Positions 25,756 to 38,756 of a stretch of 64,000 nucleotides of DNA are shown here, piece by piece. Source of the DNA: Strigamia acuminata (Eukaryota); NCBI GenBank assembly GCA_949358305.1, contig OX442314.1, positions 2,480,001 to 2,544,000 on the forward strand. The letters run 5' to 3'. Every line of letters begins with the position of its first letter. Position 1 is the stretch's first letter. Under the pieces are notes generated by a model, which saw nothing but the letters and a program-made list of their open reading frames with translations, had not been told where the DNA came from and did no database searches. Made by a program: the position numbers and the translations under genes.

Positions 25756-27814
25756 ATTTAATAAATAAATAAATTGTTTTTTTTTATTTTAATGAGGAAG
25801 AAGTGCAAGCAGTTAGTGATGCGAATCTGATTTTGTTTAATAATTTTTGGTTTGGGTGAGAATGTAATTTGCATTCGCGGTGCAATCAATGTGTTTGAAA
25901 AGTTTTCAGGATGATTTCTATCGCAAAAAGAAGCTACTTGGCCCATCAGCAACCTGCATGTTAGTTTGTTGGTGGCCCAAGTGGCTGCTTTTTGTAATTG
26001 AAAATCACTGCTAAAAAAATAATTAGATTTTCAAACAGAAAATAACTTATGTTGGAGATGCAATTGAAATGTGAATTACATTTGTACGAATAATTCTTTT
26101 GTTTATTCGTGTTTTATTGTTTATTTTGATAGATAAAATTGAGTCTTTTAATTTCAACATTTTGCCAATTTCTGATTTTACGCATATTATCATCAAGCAC
26201 CGAGCAGGCATTAACAGCGGAAAGATTGTAAATTGTCCAATAGATGGCGCCGGTAGTTGACACAATTTTAAATTAATTTATTTGTTTCACGCTATCACGG
26301 TCACAAAAAGGTAATATTGTAATGAAAAGGATTTATTTGTGTTTTAAAATCACTTCATATATTATTAGAATTATGAGAATGAGTGAAAATCAGTAGTGTC
26401 GATGAGGGAAATACAAAATGGCTGCGCGCGCCACCCAACAGTTTGTGAGGTAAAAGTATTTTGTACAAGCAGTTGCGTGGGTAGTTGGGGAATTTGGGCT
26501 GCCGCCCATACAACTCCTTGTTTTCAATTAGGGCCCCGAAAAATAAAGGACTGATAGAAATCCGCTTCTGCAGAGTTCAGGCATAGACATAGACGATAAA
26601 ATAGCACAAACTTTAGACAAAAATGCAGCCTAATAATCCTTTGAAGAAATGTAACGTTTTTTTTTTATTTCCGGCAAAAATAGCGAACAAATTCAAATTG
26701 ACGTGGGTTATTCCATCGTTTATACGTTAAAAATCGCGTTATTTCTGCATTTTTAACAGAATCTAATCGAAAAATATCGTTTTATGTTTGTACAATACCC
26801 GGTCATCGGAGAAATTGTAAGAAAATTCGGAGCCCGTGATAAAAAAATTCATTCTACAGTATTGCTTTTCTTTTCTTTTTTTTAATTTTAGTTTTAATTT
26901 TTTCGTAGTGCCATCGACAGTGGAGTTGGAAATTTGGGAGCTGAGTCGGCCACAGGTGACATTTCGCCAAAAGAGATGAAAAGAGGTGAATTAATTTTAA
27001 CTTTTTATTATTGAATTGAATTGGTTTAATTTTTTTGTTGGTTTGAAAAATTGATTTAAAATTGACCACTGTAGAATTTTAATTTCTCATTTCTCGAAAT
27101 TCAAAATTTTCTGACACTGACTCATGAGTTTCAGAGTCGTGCGAACGTGATTTATCCGGCTGGTATTGGCTATGGACAGTTCATGAGCAATTCCTGGTAA
27201 GGTATTGCTTTTTTTGCCTGTTTTGCAGCGCCACCTGCCTTTTTGCATAAATAAGACCAGAGATTTACATATCTGTTGGCCGCTCATCATTGAATTACAC
27301 CCGACTCTCCTGGGCGTTATTTGGAACCAGGTTATTAAATTTAAATCATTTAAATTAGATTTCAACTTGGGCAATCGGATGTCCCTCAACCGGTTTCCAG
27401 TCGATCGACTGATGTTCCAAATCCGGTCCGAAATCCTTCCCCACCTCCGTCCTATGGAACGTCGTCCGCAACGGTTGCGTTGATCGCCGAAAACGTAAGC
27501 ACCGGCACTTGCACTTTATTATGTAAAGCAAGGTGCGTCATACCATTCATACAATTAATAACATTTTTTCCCACCAGGAAATGTAGCTAAATAACCACTT
27601 GCGCCACCGCCTCAATCCTCATCTTCTGCGAGATGACGTCAGTAACTCTCAAGCCGCCATTTTACATACAAAAAGTGAGAAAATTGTATTAGCCTTAAAA
27701 GTGCTTGTTTTGTTTCTGCCTGTGTTGAAAATTAAAAGTTTTACATAAGCAAAAATCAGCACAGTGACAAACTTGCTTTAATTTTAAATTGACAAAATTG
27801 AAGTAATTTTAAAA

Positions 27815-28365
27815 TGTCAAAATTGCATTAATTATAAAATGTCAAAATTGCATTAATTATAAATTGTCAAAATTGCATTAATTATAAATTGTCAAAATTG
27901 CATTAATTATAAATTGTCAAAATTGCATTAATTATAAATTGTCAAAATTGCATTAATTTTAAAAATGACAAAATTGAATTATTTTCAAAGTGAAGAAATG
28001 ACATAATTTTAAAAATGACAAAATTGAATTATTTTCTAAGTGAAGAAATGACATAATTTTAAAAATGACAAAATTGAATTATTTTCTAAGTGAAGAAATG
28101 ACATAATTTTAAAAATGACAAAATTGAATTATTTTCTAAGTGAAGAAATGACATAATTTTAAAAATGACAAAATTGAATTATTTTCTAAGTGAAGAAATG
28201 ACATAATTTTAAAAATGACAAAATTGAATTATTTTCTAAGTGAAGAAATGACATAATTTTAAAAATGACAAAATTGAATTATTTTCTAAGTGAAGAAATG
28301 ACATAATTTTAAAAATGACAAAATTGAATTATTTTCAATATGACAAAATGACATAATTTTAAATT
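27815..28365. repeat. Compound minisatellite (~25-bp then 50-bp units)
   Basis: TGTCAAAATTGCATTAATTATAAAT repeats, then AAAAATGACAAAATTGAATTATTTTCTAAGTGAAGAAATGACATAATTTT about eight times. Confidence 0.95.
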
Positions 28366-28920
28366 GCCAGAAATCTCACAACCGCTTGTTCTTTAAAAGG
28401 TTAAAAGTTTTACACCAATATATTATAATTTAATTAACAACAGCACGGATAATACGTTTTTACAGTAATCATGTCTGTGCTGATATTTCAATCAAATGAA
28501 GCGATCAATAACAGCGAATGTCGAGAGACCAGTGAGAATACCAATTACAGATCCAATATTTGAAAACAATTTTGCGACCGAAACTTTTCGCATTTCTTCA
28601 ATTACTTCTCTAATGTTTTGTTGTATTATGTATGTAGTACGGCTACGGTGATTTAAAGGTGGAGGTGGTATTTCCCTTTTGTCTATCACCGCTAGATTAA
28701 ATATGGCTTCTTGGCATTGTTCTCGGCAGTTACAGTCTTTCTGAGGGTTTGTTTTCATTTGAGTTTCCAAGTAAATTTTTTGCATTGCTTTAGCTTTTTC
28801 TAGAGAAGTGCAAAGCGATGAATTGCTATTTTGCATAAATGGTAATCTGTGAATAATTGAAAAAATAAATAATATCTACTCAGATCTAGTGCTCTGTAGG
28901 AGACAACAATGAGGGGCGCT

Positions 28921-29426
28921 ATACTGGGAGCAACATGTCTAACAGCAACATTGCTCTTTGACATGTTAAAGGAATGTCTAAGAGCAACATTGCTTTTCGG
29001 CATGTTAAATAAATATCTAAGAATAACATTGTGTTGCTCTTAAACATGTTAAGTAAATTGCTATTAGGCATGAAAATGTAATGACCAAGAGCAACACCAT
29101 ACATTTTTTTTTTCAAAAACCAAAAATGTAACCTAACCTAACCTGACCTGACCTGACCTGACCTGACCTGACCTGACCTTACCTGACCTAACCTACCCTA
29201 ACCTAACCGATGAAACGCACCGAGCGGAATTTAAATTCGATGAAACGACTCCCGTTTTCCCACATTTCAAAAAATAATAAAAAATTAGCAATGTTGCTCT
29301 TAGACGTTATTAGGACTTCAACTGTTGTGCCACGTCATTTTTTTAATAATGTCTAAGAGCAATGTTGCTCTTAGACATTATTAGACCAACTTGAATTGTT
29401 GCTCTTGGGCATGTTGCTCCCAGTAT
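28921..29426. mobile_element. Non-autonomous TIR element with internal subrepeats and (ACCTG/ACCTA)n tract
   Basis: Inverted ends ATACTGGGAGCAACATG / CATGTTGCTCCCAGTAT; no TSD recognised. Confidence 0.7.
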
Positions 29427-29884
29427 GCGGCAGCGTAAACCACATACGGAACGTATGCCAAACGTTACAAAACCTTCTGCAAAACGTTCACAAAGTCTCA
29501 GCAAAACTATCGTAACAAATTAGTAAAAATAGTGGTAATATCAGTTTCTTTTTTGAAGTTTAATTTTATTGGGAAAATTAGTTAATTTGGGTTTAGTTAA
29601 AATAGTGGGACAAAAAAATTAATTTAGTGTGAAAGTCAGTAGGTTGAAGATTTAGTTTTTATTTAATGGAAATCCAAGGAAAAATATTGGGCCAATAAAT
29701 GGGACTTTATATATTGACCAATTAACTTATGCAAACACATTGGTTTTATAAACACCCGTGTTCCCGATTAGTTCGGAAAATTTTCCAAGTTCATCATCCT
29801 GGTTTGGCCTCCAATTAAAATGGACTTGGTCTTCGCCATGACACCTGAAGACTGGTTACCATGGTGTGGGACGACCCATCCTCA

Positions 29885-30319
29885 TGTAATAATTAGACAG
29901 GGACTCCGGATTGTTTGGTTTTTGTCCTTTAATCAGTTGCTAGGGGTCGTAGTCTCCTATCTACCCACGTGTTGGCAGTGCAGCAAAGGCACTCTACACT
30001 ATGAATGACATGGCCGGTCAAACATAACCATTCTGGCTGTATTGGATCCATCATCGCACTACTGAGTTTCGCAGTGATAAATGGGGAGGAGAGGAGAGTC
30101 AGCACAGAGCAAAACGACTCTTGCTGGCTTCAGGACTTCTCTTACACGTTTTTCTCGGTTGAGACCCACCGCTTTTCTCTCCACTCCCCACACCACTGCA
30201 GCTCTCTCCTTCCCTATACTGGGTCATACAGTACCACTTTTCTAATAGGGATGACCTTAGGGCCATTGGGCAGTGTATGGTAGTGACGCAGATCACTCTT
30301 GGCTGGCCAAGTGGTCACA
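29885..30319. mobile_element. Putative solo LTR related to 25263-25755
   Basis: TGTAATAATTAGACAGGGACTC...GGCCAAGTGGTCACA. Confidence 0.5.
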
Positions 30320-30369
30320 TCTTTTTACAGTGTGCTTTAGAATAATGTGATTTGCTTAATTAGTTAGAT

Positions 30370-30803
30370 CAGCGTTTCCCAAACGGTGAGGCGCGAGCTG
30401 ATTTTTGGTGGGGCGCGACACATCGCTCACAAAAAATTTCTTTTTTAAAAATTTTAACAATCAAACTAACTTATAGACATGATGCCCTCCCCTTAGAATA
30501 GTGCACTTGTCTTGTCGTCTAGAAGAGTCAATTCTATCTAGACAATACACAACTGCCAAATTCAAATCCATTTCAGTTTGTGTGCTCAATTCTATTATGG
30601 ATAAATGGCTGATAAATAAGCCTTCATGCTCATAAAATTATATGTAAAATTGTATAAATTGTATGCAATATTATATAAAAATTTCTTTTTTCTTTTAAGT
30701 AGTTCATTTTTGAAAAATTTAATGCACCGGTAGATGAAGTGGGGCGCGGAAGATTGCCTTGCTTAAAAATGGGGCGCGATGCTAAAAAGTTTGGGAACCC
30801 CTG
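30370..30803. mobile_element. hAT (Charlie-like) MITE
   Basis: CAGCGTTTCCCAAAC / GTTTGGGAACCCCTG ends; perfect 8-bp TSD AGTTAGAT. Confidence 0.9.
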
Positions 30804-32608
30804 AGTTAGATGATCATAAGTTATTACCTGCAAGAAACATTCAGTTTGGATGCATAACATTTCCGTTCACATTCTGAAACTTCCTTGTTGTCATCACATG
30901 GCCTTTTTGGAGTATTTATTCGAAGAATCTAGAAGGAACAAGTGTCTTACAAATAACAAACAATTTTAAATTACTAATTACTAATTACTAAATTACTAAT
31001 TTACCGTTTGACGGGTAATATCATTTTTAGTATTGAATCCGGAGTGTATGTAAACAATATGTTTTAGGAAGAAAAAATTGATCTTCTGGCAGAATGAAGT
31101 GCTAGAAAGCATGAATTGAAATATTTTATGTAATTAAAGTGTTCAAAATATCTCACTGGCTGCTTTCTGTCGTAGCCTATCCTAACTTTGTTCAAACTGC
31201 TCCAAATGTAGATATAGTTCTTATACGGTATGAACTTCATTTCCCCTAGAAACAATTAGAAATAAAAATTATTGTCTGGCGTGTTTTATTATGGGAATTA
31301 CTGCAATCGTGAATCAAAGTTAACATAAACACATATCATTCTGTTCAGTGCGGTTTGCTATCGAAGGCGCCACATAAAACTGTATATAGCTACACTGTAT
31401 TCTGGGATGACAACAGGTAACAAACATGCTTAGTTAGCAAGCAATGCATGACACGTGATTGCTGTCATCCAAGTGAACGTGATTAACCGTCGCGCGATGG
31501 AGCGGCGCGGTATGAAAAGTCGGGATATAGGCAATGTGAAGTATAGCTTACCTGCAGTTAACACTTTGAAATAAATTGTTGTGCACGAAAGCGTTTTTAC
31601 ACTTGAAATGAACATTTTTGTTCTCTTCGCATGGATTACGCTTTGTATTTCTTCGTATAATCTATTAAAAAGAAGCTTAGTATGACAGTTTATATAATTA
31701 TTTCAATTACCTTATATTCTCGAAGTGTTACAGTGATAAAATATCCATAGTTTAAAACCAGTAGTGTCAGAAAGTTATATTCCTCTTCGTGGTCGTTTAG
31801 TAATAGCTGAATATTATAATAATCCAAAATAATTATATCATCACCATCTTCATATACTTGTAAATGATTTATTTATATGCTAAAACTACCGGGTGGCCCA
31901 CATAAAACCGGAGAAAAACTATTGTCAGGCCAGGTGTCTTTTCACCAACCGATTATTTCCAAGGGATTTGGATTGGATGTGACAATTACTTTGTAGAATG
32001 ACGTGTGTAAATGAATTCCATTTCTAAAGTAGTACAGTACAATCTTTTATCAGAAGGTGAAATTCTGCCATTTTTACTCCATTCGGGTTGACACTTCCCA
32101 GTTACACCTTTTAACATCTATTAATTATTATTCACCATTTTAGGTGTTATAAATTTTTATGAAGCTTTTTTCATGTTTTTTCACCTTTTTCCACCTTTTT
32201 TCCACCTTAAGCTATTTCTAGCAGTTTAAATACATTGGCATAATGTGCTTTCGAAATATTAAATTTGTTTTTCGTTTTGGTCAATTGAAGTGTTGAATTA
32301 CCGGATTATATTTTTCTTTCTTGTGCTACTGTATAATCAACTGCTTCAATAAATAGATTTTCTACATTCCATCAATATTGTGTACGGTATAAATCCAAGT
32401 GTTGAAACTGTCAATCCGAGCATTTTTTAAAATTATTCTAGTGGTCATGCTGTGACGGTTAAAAAACCGTATTATCCAATGTTCACACTAGACGGCGCTG
32501 TTTATCTAACGCGCGCAGTTTAAACTCGAGAAAATTACGAGTTATATTAAAGAATTAATATAACGTTGTGAATAAAATATATAGTATTTTATTCAATCTA
32601 ATTAAGTA

Positions 32609-33391
32609 CTCCCTCTGTCCCAAATTATGGTATACATTTCTCTAAAAAATTCTTGATTATTGTTGGTTTTGTATATTTCTAAGATATTTTAACTGAATAT
32701 CCTTCAAAATTAAGTGTGTTTGCTAACCAATGGATTGCATTATGGGTAATTAGTTTTATCATTCCGTTATTGCTGAGTTGCATCTTCTCAAAATGCACTC
32801 AAAATTAAGTGACACCTGTTGTGCTTAAAGTAAAGTGAAAATGAATTTGAAAAATGGCTGTTTCCAAAGAAAAATGTCAAAATGGAATAAATTTACTAAT
32901 AATCAGCAAAATTGTATACAACAGCTCTAGCTGAAACAAAGAATAAGGCACCATTAATGAAATTTGCAAGCAAATTGAAATTACTCCACTAACTATTTCA
33001 CGAATTCGACGAGAAGTTAAAAAACAATACAATGAAGGACATATTCCTGCCAAAAGATAAACATAACAATGTATTTTTGACATTGCAATGTTGTATGGAG
33101 TCAGGGATGATAGCAAAGAATGGCAACAATTACAAAATTCACAAATTCAGAGCAATTATTACAAGTTATTGTTATGGAGTATTATTTATTGTTATTGTTT
33201 ACTCTTTATTTTTTATTGTTATTATTTACTCCATATTATTTGTTGTTTACTTAATTTATTTATAATTTAACTTATTTATATTAATTTTGCATTTTTATAA
33301 TGATAAAAATCAAATAAAACTTGAAATGTATACCATAATTTGGGACAAAAATATTAGTAGAAATGTATACCATAATTTGGGACAGAGGGAG
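32609..33391. mobile_element. Stowaway-like Tc1/mariner MITE
   Basis: TA|CTCCCTCTGTCCCAAATTATGGTATACATTTC ... GAAATGTATACCATAATTTGGGACAGAGGGAG|TA. Confidence 0.9.
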
Positions 33392-33931
33392 TATTATTTA
33401 CTTGAGATATTGATTCTATCGAATCAATATCCTGTTTTACTTACCTGTCGAAGAGAACCAATCAAAGTCTTCTGGACACAGTCTCTATTAGGTCGAGACT
33501 AAAGTGACCCACGAATCCATCGATTCGGGCATCTGATTGGCTATTGCCAATCCTACTGTTCTTCTGAACTATATAAGCTCTGGTTTTCACCAGAACTACC
33601 CCTTGGCCTGAATGAATATTGTTGTATTGCATTGTTGTTATCGTATGATCTCACTTTCTCTCACGACACATCGGGCCTCCTCAGCTCTCAATGGATATGT
33701 ATTATTACTATCACGTTATTGCTTGTTGTAGGGCCCATCTGGGAAGGCTAACCTTGTAAACATGTTTATGTTAAATACATGAAATGGCTCCGTAGCGTTA
33801 GCTTGCTGTTCTAAGGGACAGTTAGATTTCGTACGGTGGCGTAGTATATCGCTCATACACGGGATTGACTAACCCGTTAAATAAATGTCAAACTATATGA
33901 TCGGTGATAGTCGCATCTATTTGCGCTAATA

Positions 33932-35415
33932 CAACCCCAAGCGAAAATATTGAAATACTCGGATTTTGTCAGTATTCCATGTTCCCCAAATGGGCTAAAA
34001 ACAAAAGTTTCAAAGTTAAACAAATATCCACAAAAATACTTTGAAAACATGTTTAATTGGCTTTATTTTAAGCAAAAAAAATTTAAAAAAGGTGAGATAT
34101 TTATCCCACTATCCACAAAAACGTCTGTGACAAAACATTAGAATCACAAAAGTGTTGAGACAAAAAATTAGAATAATTGTGAGAAGAGACAGAAATCTTA
34201 TCTATCCCACTCATTTAAAAAATGATAGCATTTAGTATTTGGTTGGTCTTCCTTTTGCATCAATCACAGCCCTCACTCGTCGCGGCATCAAGTCCACCAA
34301 CTTCTTACACTGCTCACTAGTAATAGAGGCCCACACCATGAGCGGGAGCCAGGTCATGTTGAAAAATAAATTTATCATCACTGAACATTGATTCTGATGA
34401 AGGCATCATGAAGTAGTTGAGTATCTATTGATACACAGCAGAGTTTATTGTACCTTTCACAAACGTTAACTCCCTCATTCCAGATGCAGCCATACAACCC
34501 CACACCATGACACAAGCAGGAAATTTTACACACTTCTTCAAACAGTTTTTATTGTACATTTCATGTTTTTCCCACCAAACTCGTGGACCCTGGTCCCCAT
34601 AATATAAGTTAAATTTTGATTCATCGCTGTAGAGAATCATTGCCCATTGGTCTGGGGTCCAATCTATCCTTGCCTTGCATCACTCAAGTCTTCTTTTCAT
34701 CTACTTGCTGCTTAGAAGTGGTTTTCGTTTGGGAACACGAGGTGCCAATTGAAATTCATATAAACGACACAGTGTTGTACATTGGGAGACATTTATTCCA
34801 TTTTTTCCCACTGTGCATGATGAATTTTAGATGACTTGAAACGGTTATTCATTACAATCGAATGAAGTTTGCGATCATCTTGTGGTGTTGTTTTACGTTT
34901 TCATCCACTATAGTGCCGCATGGTGTTTAGTCCTTGTCCAGAGGTAATCTGCTTTATTGTTTTGGAAACTGCAGATTGACTGCACCCTACAATTGTTGCA
35001 ACTGATCGTTGTTTACGACCGGCTGCATTAAGTTAGACAATCTGCTCTCTTTCTCCATGGAGATGTCATTGTTGGCACCCATTTTAATTTAGTCATAATG
35101 TGTACACATTGTTTGAGGTTATTTGCGGCAATTTGGTCACGTGGAATGATGTTTTGCTAATTTTTGCAAATTATTCTAATTTTTTGTCTCAACACTTTTG
35201 TGATTCTAATGTTTTGTCACAGACGTTTTTGTGGATAGTGGGATAAATATCTCACCTTTTTTAATTTTTTTTTGCTTAAAATAAAGCCAATTAAACATGT
35301 TTTCAAAGTATTTTTGTGGATATTTGTTTAACTTTGAAACTTTTGTTTCTAGCCCATTTGAGGAACATGGAATACTGACAAAATCCGAGTATTCTAATAT
35401 TTTGGCTTGGGGTTG
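33932..35415 (-). mobile_element. Tc1-like transposon with ~240-bp TIRs and a degenerate transposase
   Basis: TA|CAACCCCAAGC ... GCTTGGGGTTG|TA; motifs ILYSDESKFNL, VMVWGCMAASG, MPRRVRAVIDAKGRPTKY; frameshifts and deletion. Confidence 0.92.
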
Positions 35416-36531
35416 TACTTGATCATAGGTCAGATGCTCTGCCAGAGCACATACACGGGAAGTCGAACCCGTTAAACAAATATGGGCAACCTATCTCCTC
35501 AGGGTCCAATGCGGTGCATTTGTCCTTCCGTATGTTAAAGGTTGGTAAAAGGCCTATTCATAGGCAACACGCCGGGTTGGTAGCCCTTGAGCAATTGCAT
35601 TCATACCTTGCGCAAAACCAATACTTGGGTATTGGTAATGCCGATCTGGTAGTCCCCCAGGAACTGTTTACCCAGTGGTTGGTACCACTGAAAGCGACTT
35701 GTCGCACGCAAACAAATACCCGGCGCCTGATCACGAGATCTTGTCGTCGTAAGGCATGCTGGCGGATGGAGCCTCAACAACTCCCGCGATGGTCCCCTCG
35801 ACTATCGTGACTGTCCCCGCCCAAAGAATAACAATATAACAATTCATTTGTTATATTACATTAATAATGTTTCGTTAACTAGATCTCGGAATATTCTAAT
35901 GAACATTCCCGTCCAAATGCGAAGGACTCTTCGCATTAATAGATACTCGAGCTGCGGGACCGAATACGTCTCCGTAGCGCTAACTGTGACGATGCCGCAA
36001 AGTCAGCCGCACCCTTCGAGCATCGCCCGGATCCTCAACCAGTGTAGCCGCCGTTACACTTATCCAGAACCCCCAACCCAGTTGTAATGTTAATAAACAT
36101 GTAATATATCGCACGAAAACTGTAAGTTATTATATTTGATCACATATTTACGTTGCACAGACTTCCGTAGCTTATCTCGGTTAGGTTGTTACTAGGTTTA
36201 GTAATGTCTTGTTTAAACCGATTTATCTCTTATAATGGTTAATTATTCAGCCAAAAGTAGAATCGTTACAATGCTGCATTTCGTAGCATCATTGTGTGCT
36301 GTGATTGCAAAGTATCGTGTGTTTTGTGTGAAAGTGTTTTACCATACCTTTAGCTGCTGGTCACATACATTTGATGAAACATTTGCATTTCTAAATAAAA
36401 TTCTAAGGATAGGAGTAAAACGTCTTTGTTTTGCTGAAAAACAGTGAAAGGTCGGAATCAATTTTCAAATGCATCACCGAGAATGCAACTTTTGGAAACA
36501 AGAGTTTGAACAACATGTCTATTGTCTACTG

Positions 36532-36944
36532 TATACTCTGGCTTATCGTAAGTGGGTACCCAGTTCCTATTGGCCGAGCCTGTTTACTCCTAACTGCAGC
36601 CTTTATATTACCACCAGGAAATGTAGTTTTGTTGTGTTTTACATTTGTGTCATTATTGTAATGGTTGAAATGATGTTAATTTGCTAATATTTACTAATAA
36701 AATGTTTTAAGAAACCATAAAGCAATGTTTTCTGCTATTATTGTTTTAAAATACCTGTTTGTTCAGTTTGTTTATTTTATTGGTTGCTAAGTCAGGAAAG
36801 CAACCATTTTTTGAATTTTATGATTGATTGTTTTGTCTGGCAAGCACACAACATGTATTTTGGCCTATTTTCATGTATACTTACATCGGCCAATAGGAAC
36901 TGGGTACCCATTGGCCGAGCCATTTTAGGGATAAGCCAGAGTAT
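36532..36944. mobile_element. MITE with TATACTCTGGCT / AGCCAGAGTATA ends
   Basis: Terminal inverted repeats; the same ends occur at ~58256-58859 and in the duplicate copy. Confidence 0.65.
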
Positions 36945-38372
36945 AGTAATTAACTAAAATTAAGGCATTAACTAATTTTTTTTTCTTTCATGTTTTACAT
37001 CAAGTACTGTGTTTAAACTCAAGAACTAAAAGAAATTAATTTTGTAAATTACTTGGTTTTAGTTGCATACAATTTCCAAATGGAAATTTCACACGCTGCT
37101 TTGGTGTTAACTATAAAAAAAATACATTATTTTTGTGTTTGTTGTAGGAATATGTCTTATTATTTGTTACATTCAACGGATCGTTTATTATTTCAAAGCT
37201 TGTCACAAGTGTTTTCCAGATGTCCTCCACTGACAAATTGTTATTGACCAAATGCCAGGGTAACATGTTGCTACAAGTTGTATTGGTGTTTTGAAGCAAG
37301 TGTAATCTGGCTCTTTCTACATTTTCATTTTGCACTTCACCGCAGAAGGTGATTAAAGGAAATTGGCTGTAGCGCCTTTGAACTACTCTAACGATTGTTG
37401 TTACCGGTTCATCGAAGTAGTAGTTTGAACGAATGTAAACGCAATATAAAGTCAACCCTGCAACAACTAATACAAATATTAACTTGAGCTTTTTTGCGAC
37501 CTTATTTACGTTGGTTTGGCCGTCACTTTTGATGATTTTGTTTTTGCACGTCTTATACAGACGATCAATCGCATTATCGGTTTTCTTTTGGTGAATGTGC
37601 GATGTAACGTAATACAAATACGAAATGACATCAGGTAATGAGACTAAGGAGAGACCAAGGAACAGGCCCAGGTTGCCTCCTAAATCGGACAGTAAGGCAA
37701 TGACATCGTAAATGTACCGTTGTTCATATACGGTGACTTTCTTATTAGTAATTGCTAACGATACAGCCGTCGTATTTTCATCATTTGTTACGCTTGAATC
37801 AGTAACTGGGGTAAAAATTATTTGTCGACACGGACGTCGATAGTGGCAACCAATTGGTTCTGTGGTTAAAACCAAATCCCTGAAAGCAACATACAGCTTG
37901 CGTGCATTGTTTGTACATTTGCAAAGTGGTAAGTCTGTCTTCATGAATGGATATCTCGTGTAGAAGATGTTTAATTAGTTTTTTAATTGTGTGATGTATG
38001 TGAAACGGTCTTACCTGCAGGTCATAAATTTATTAATTTTTTTCATTAAACAAGTTTGATAGCATTGTTTGTATTCGTCTTCACTAGCGCATGGATTTAT
38101 CGGTGAATTAAGAAATACAAACTACAATTAAATACATTACAAGGTATCGCTAAGAAATTTTAAGTTCTTGCGTAAACATAATACTTTGTCATAAGTGTAA
38201 TCTATTTTCAATCTTGAACCACCATATAGATTTGCTAGCTGCCACTCTGTTCTAATATCATGGGACATAAGAAAAATCTAAGAGCAAGGGAAAATAATAA
38301 TAAAATAGCAATAGCAATTCTACTATATTTAAGTTACCACACGAAAAGAGCCGCATTCACTGATTTTTACGA

Positions 38373-38756
38373 CTAGTAAAACAACCCAGTTGCGATTGCA
38401 GCACGCGCGAGCAGCAATTGAAAGACAAGATGTTAAAACTTAACTAGTTTAATGATGGAAATTTTGTTACGAAAAAACGCGTGCTAACACACGTTCATAC
38501 ATAAAAAAAGATGGTGGTCAACCCCAAAAAACGGGGTCAACTTCCGGTCAACAAGGACCGGTCGCTGAATTTACATACCAGAGGGCTCTTGTAACAACCC
38601 TCGATAAGAACAATAATATAACACTTGTAATTAATTCAAACACTGTAAAACATATCGTTATTCAAATAAATTCAGAAAACAAATAACTTGGACTAATTTT
38701 AAAACTAACATAAAACATGAAATTTAACACTTTAACAACAATATTAAATCGACAGA
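38373..38756 (-). mobile_element. Possible non-autonomous Helitron inserted in a DEG/ENaC exon
   Basis: Minus strand A|TC ... CTAG|T without TSD; only an imperfect subterminal hairpin. Coding-like sequence (ECGSFRV then GT donor at 38337) resumes after it. Confidence 0.4.

Larger units (their letters stand above)
32451..36270. mobile_element. Solo LTR (~1.55 kb net) with two nested DNA transposons
   Basis: TGTGACGG...CGTTACA ends; 4-bp TSD ATGC. Reverse-complement homolog of 55933-57536. Confidence 0.85.
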
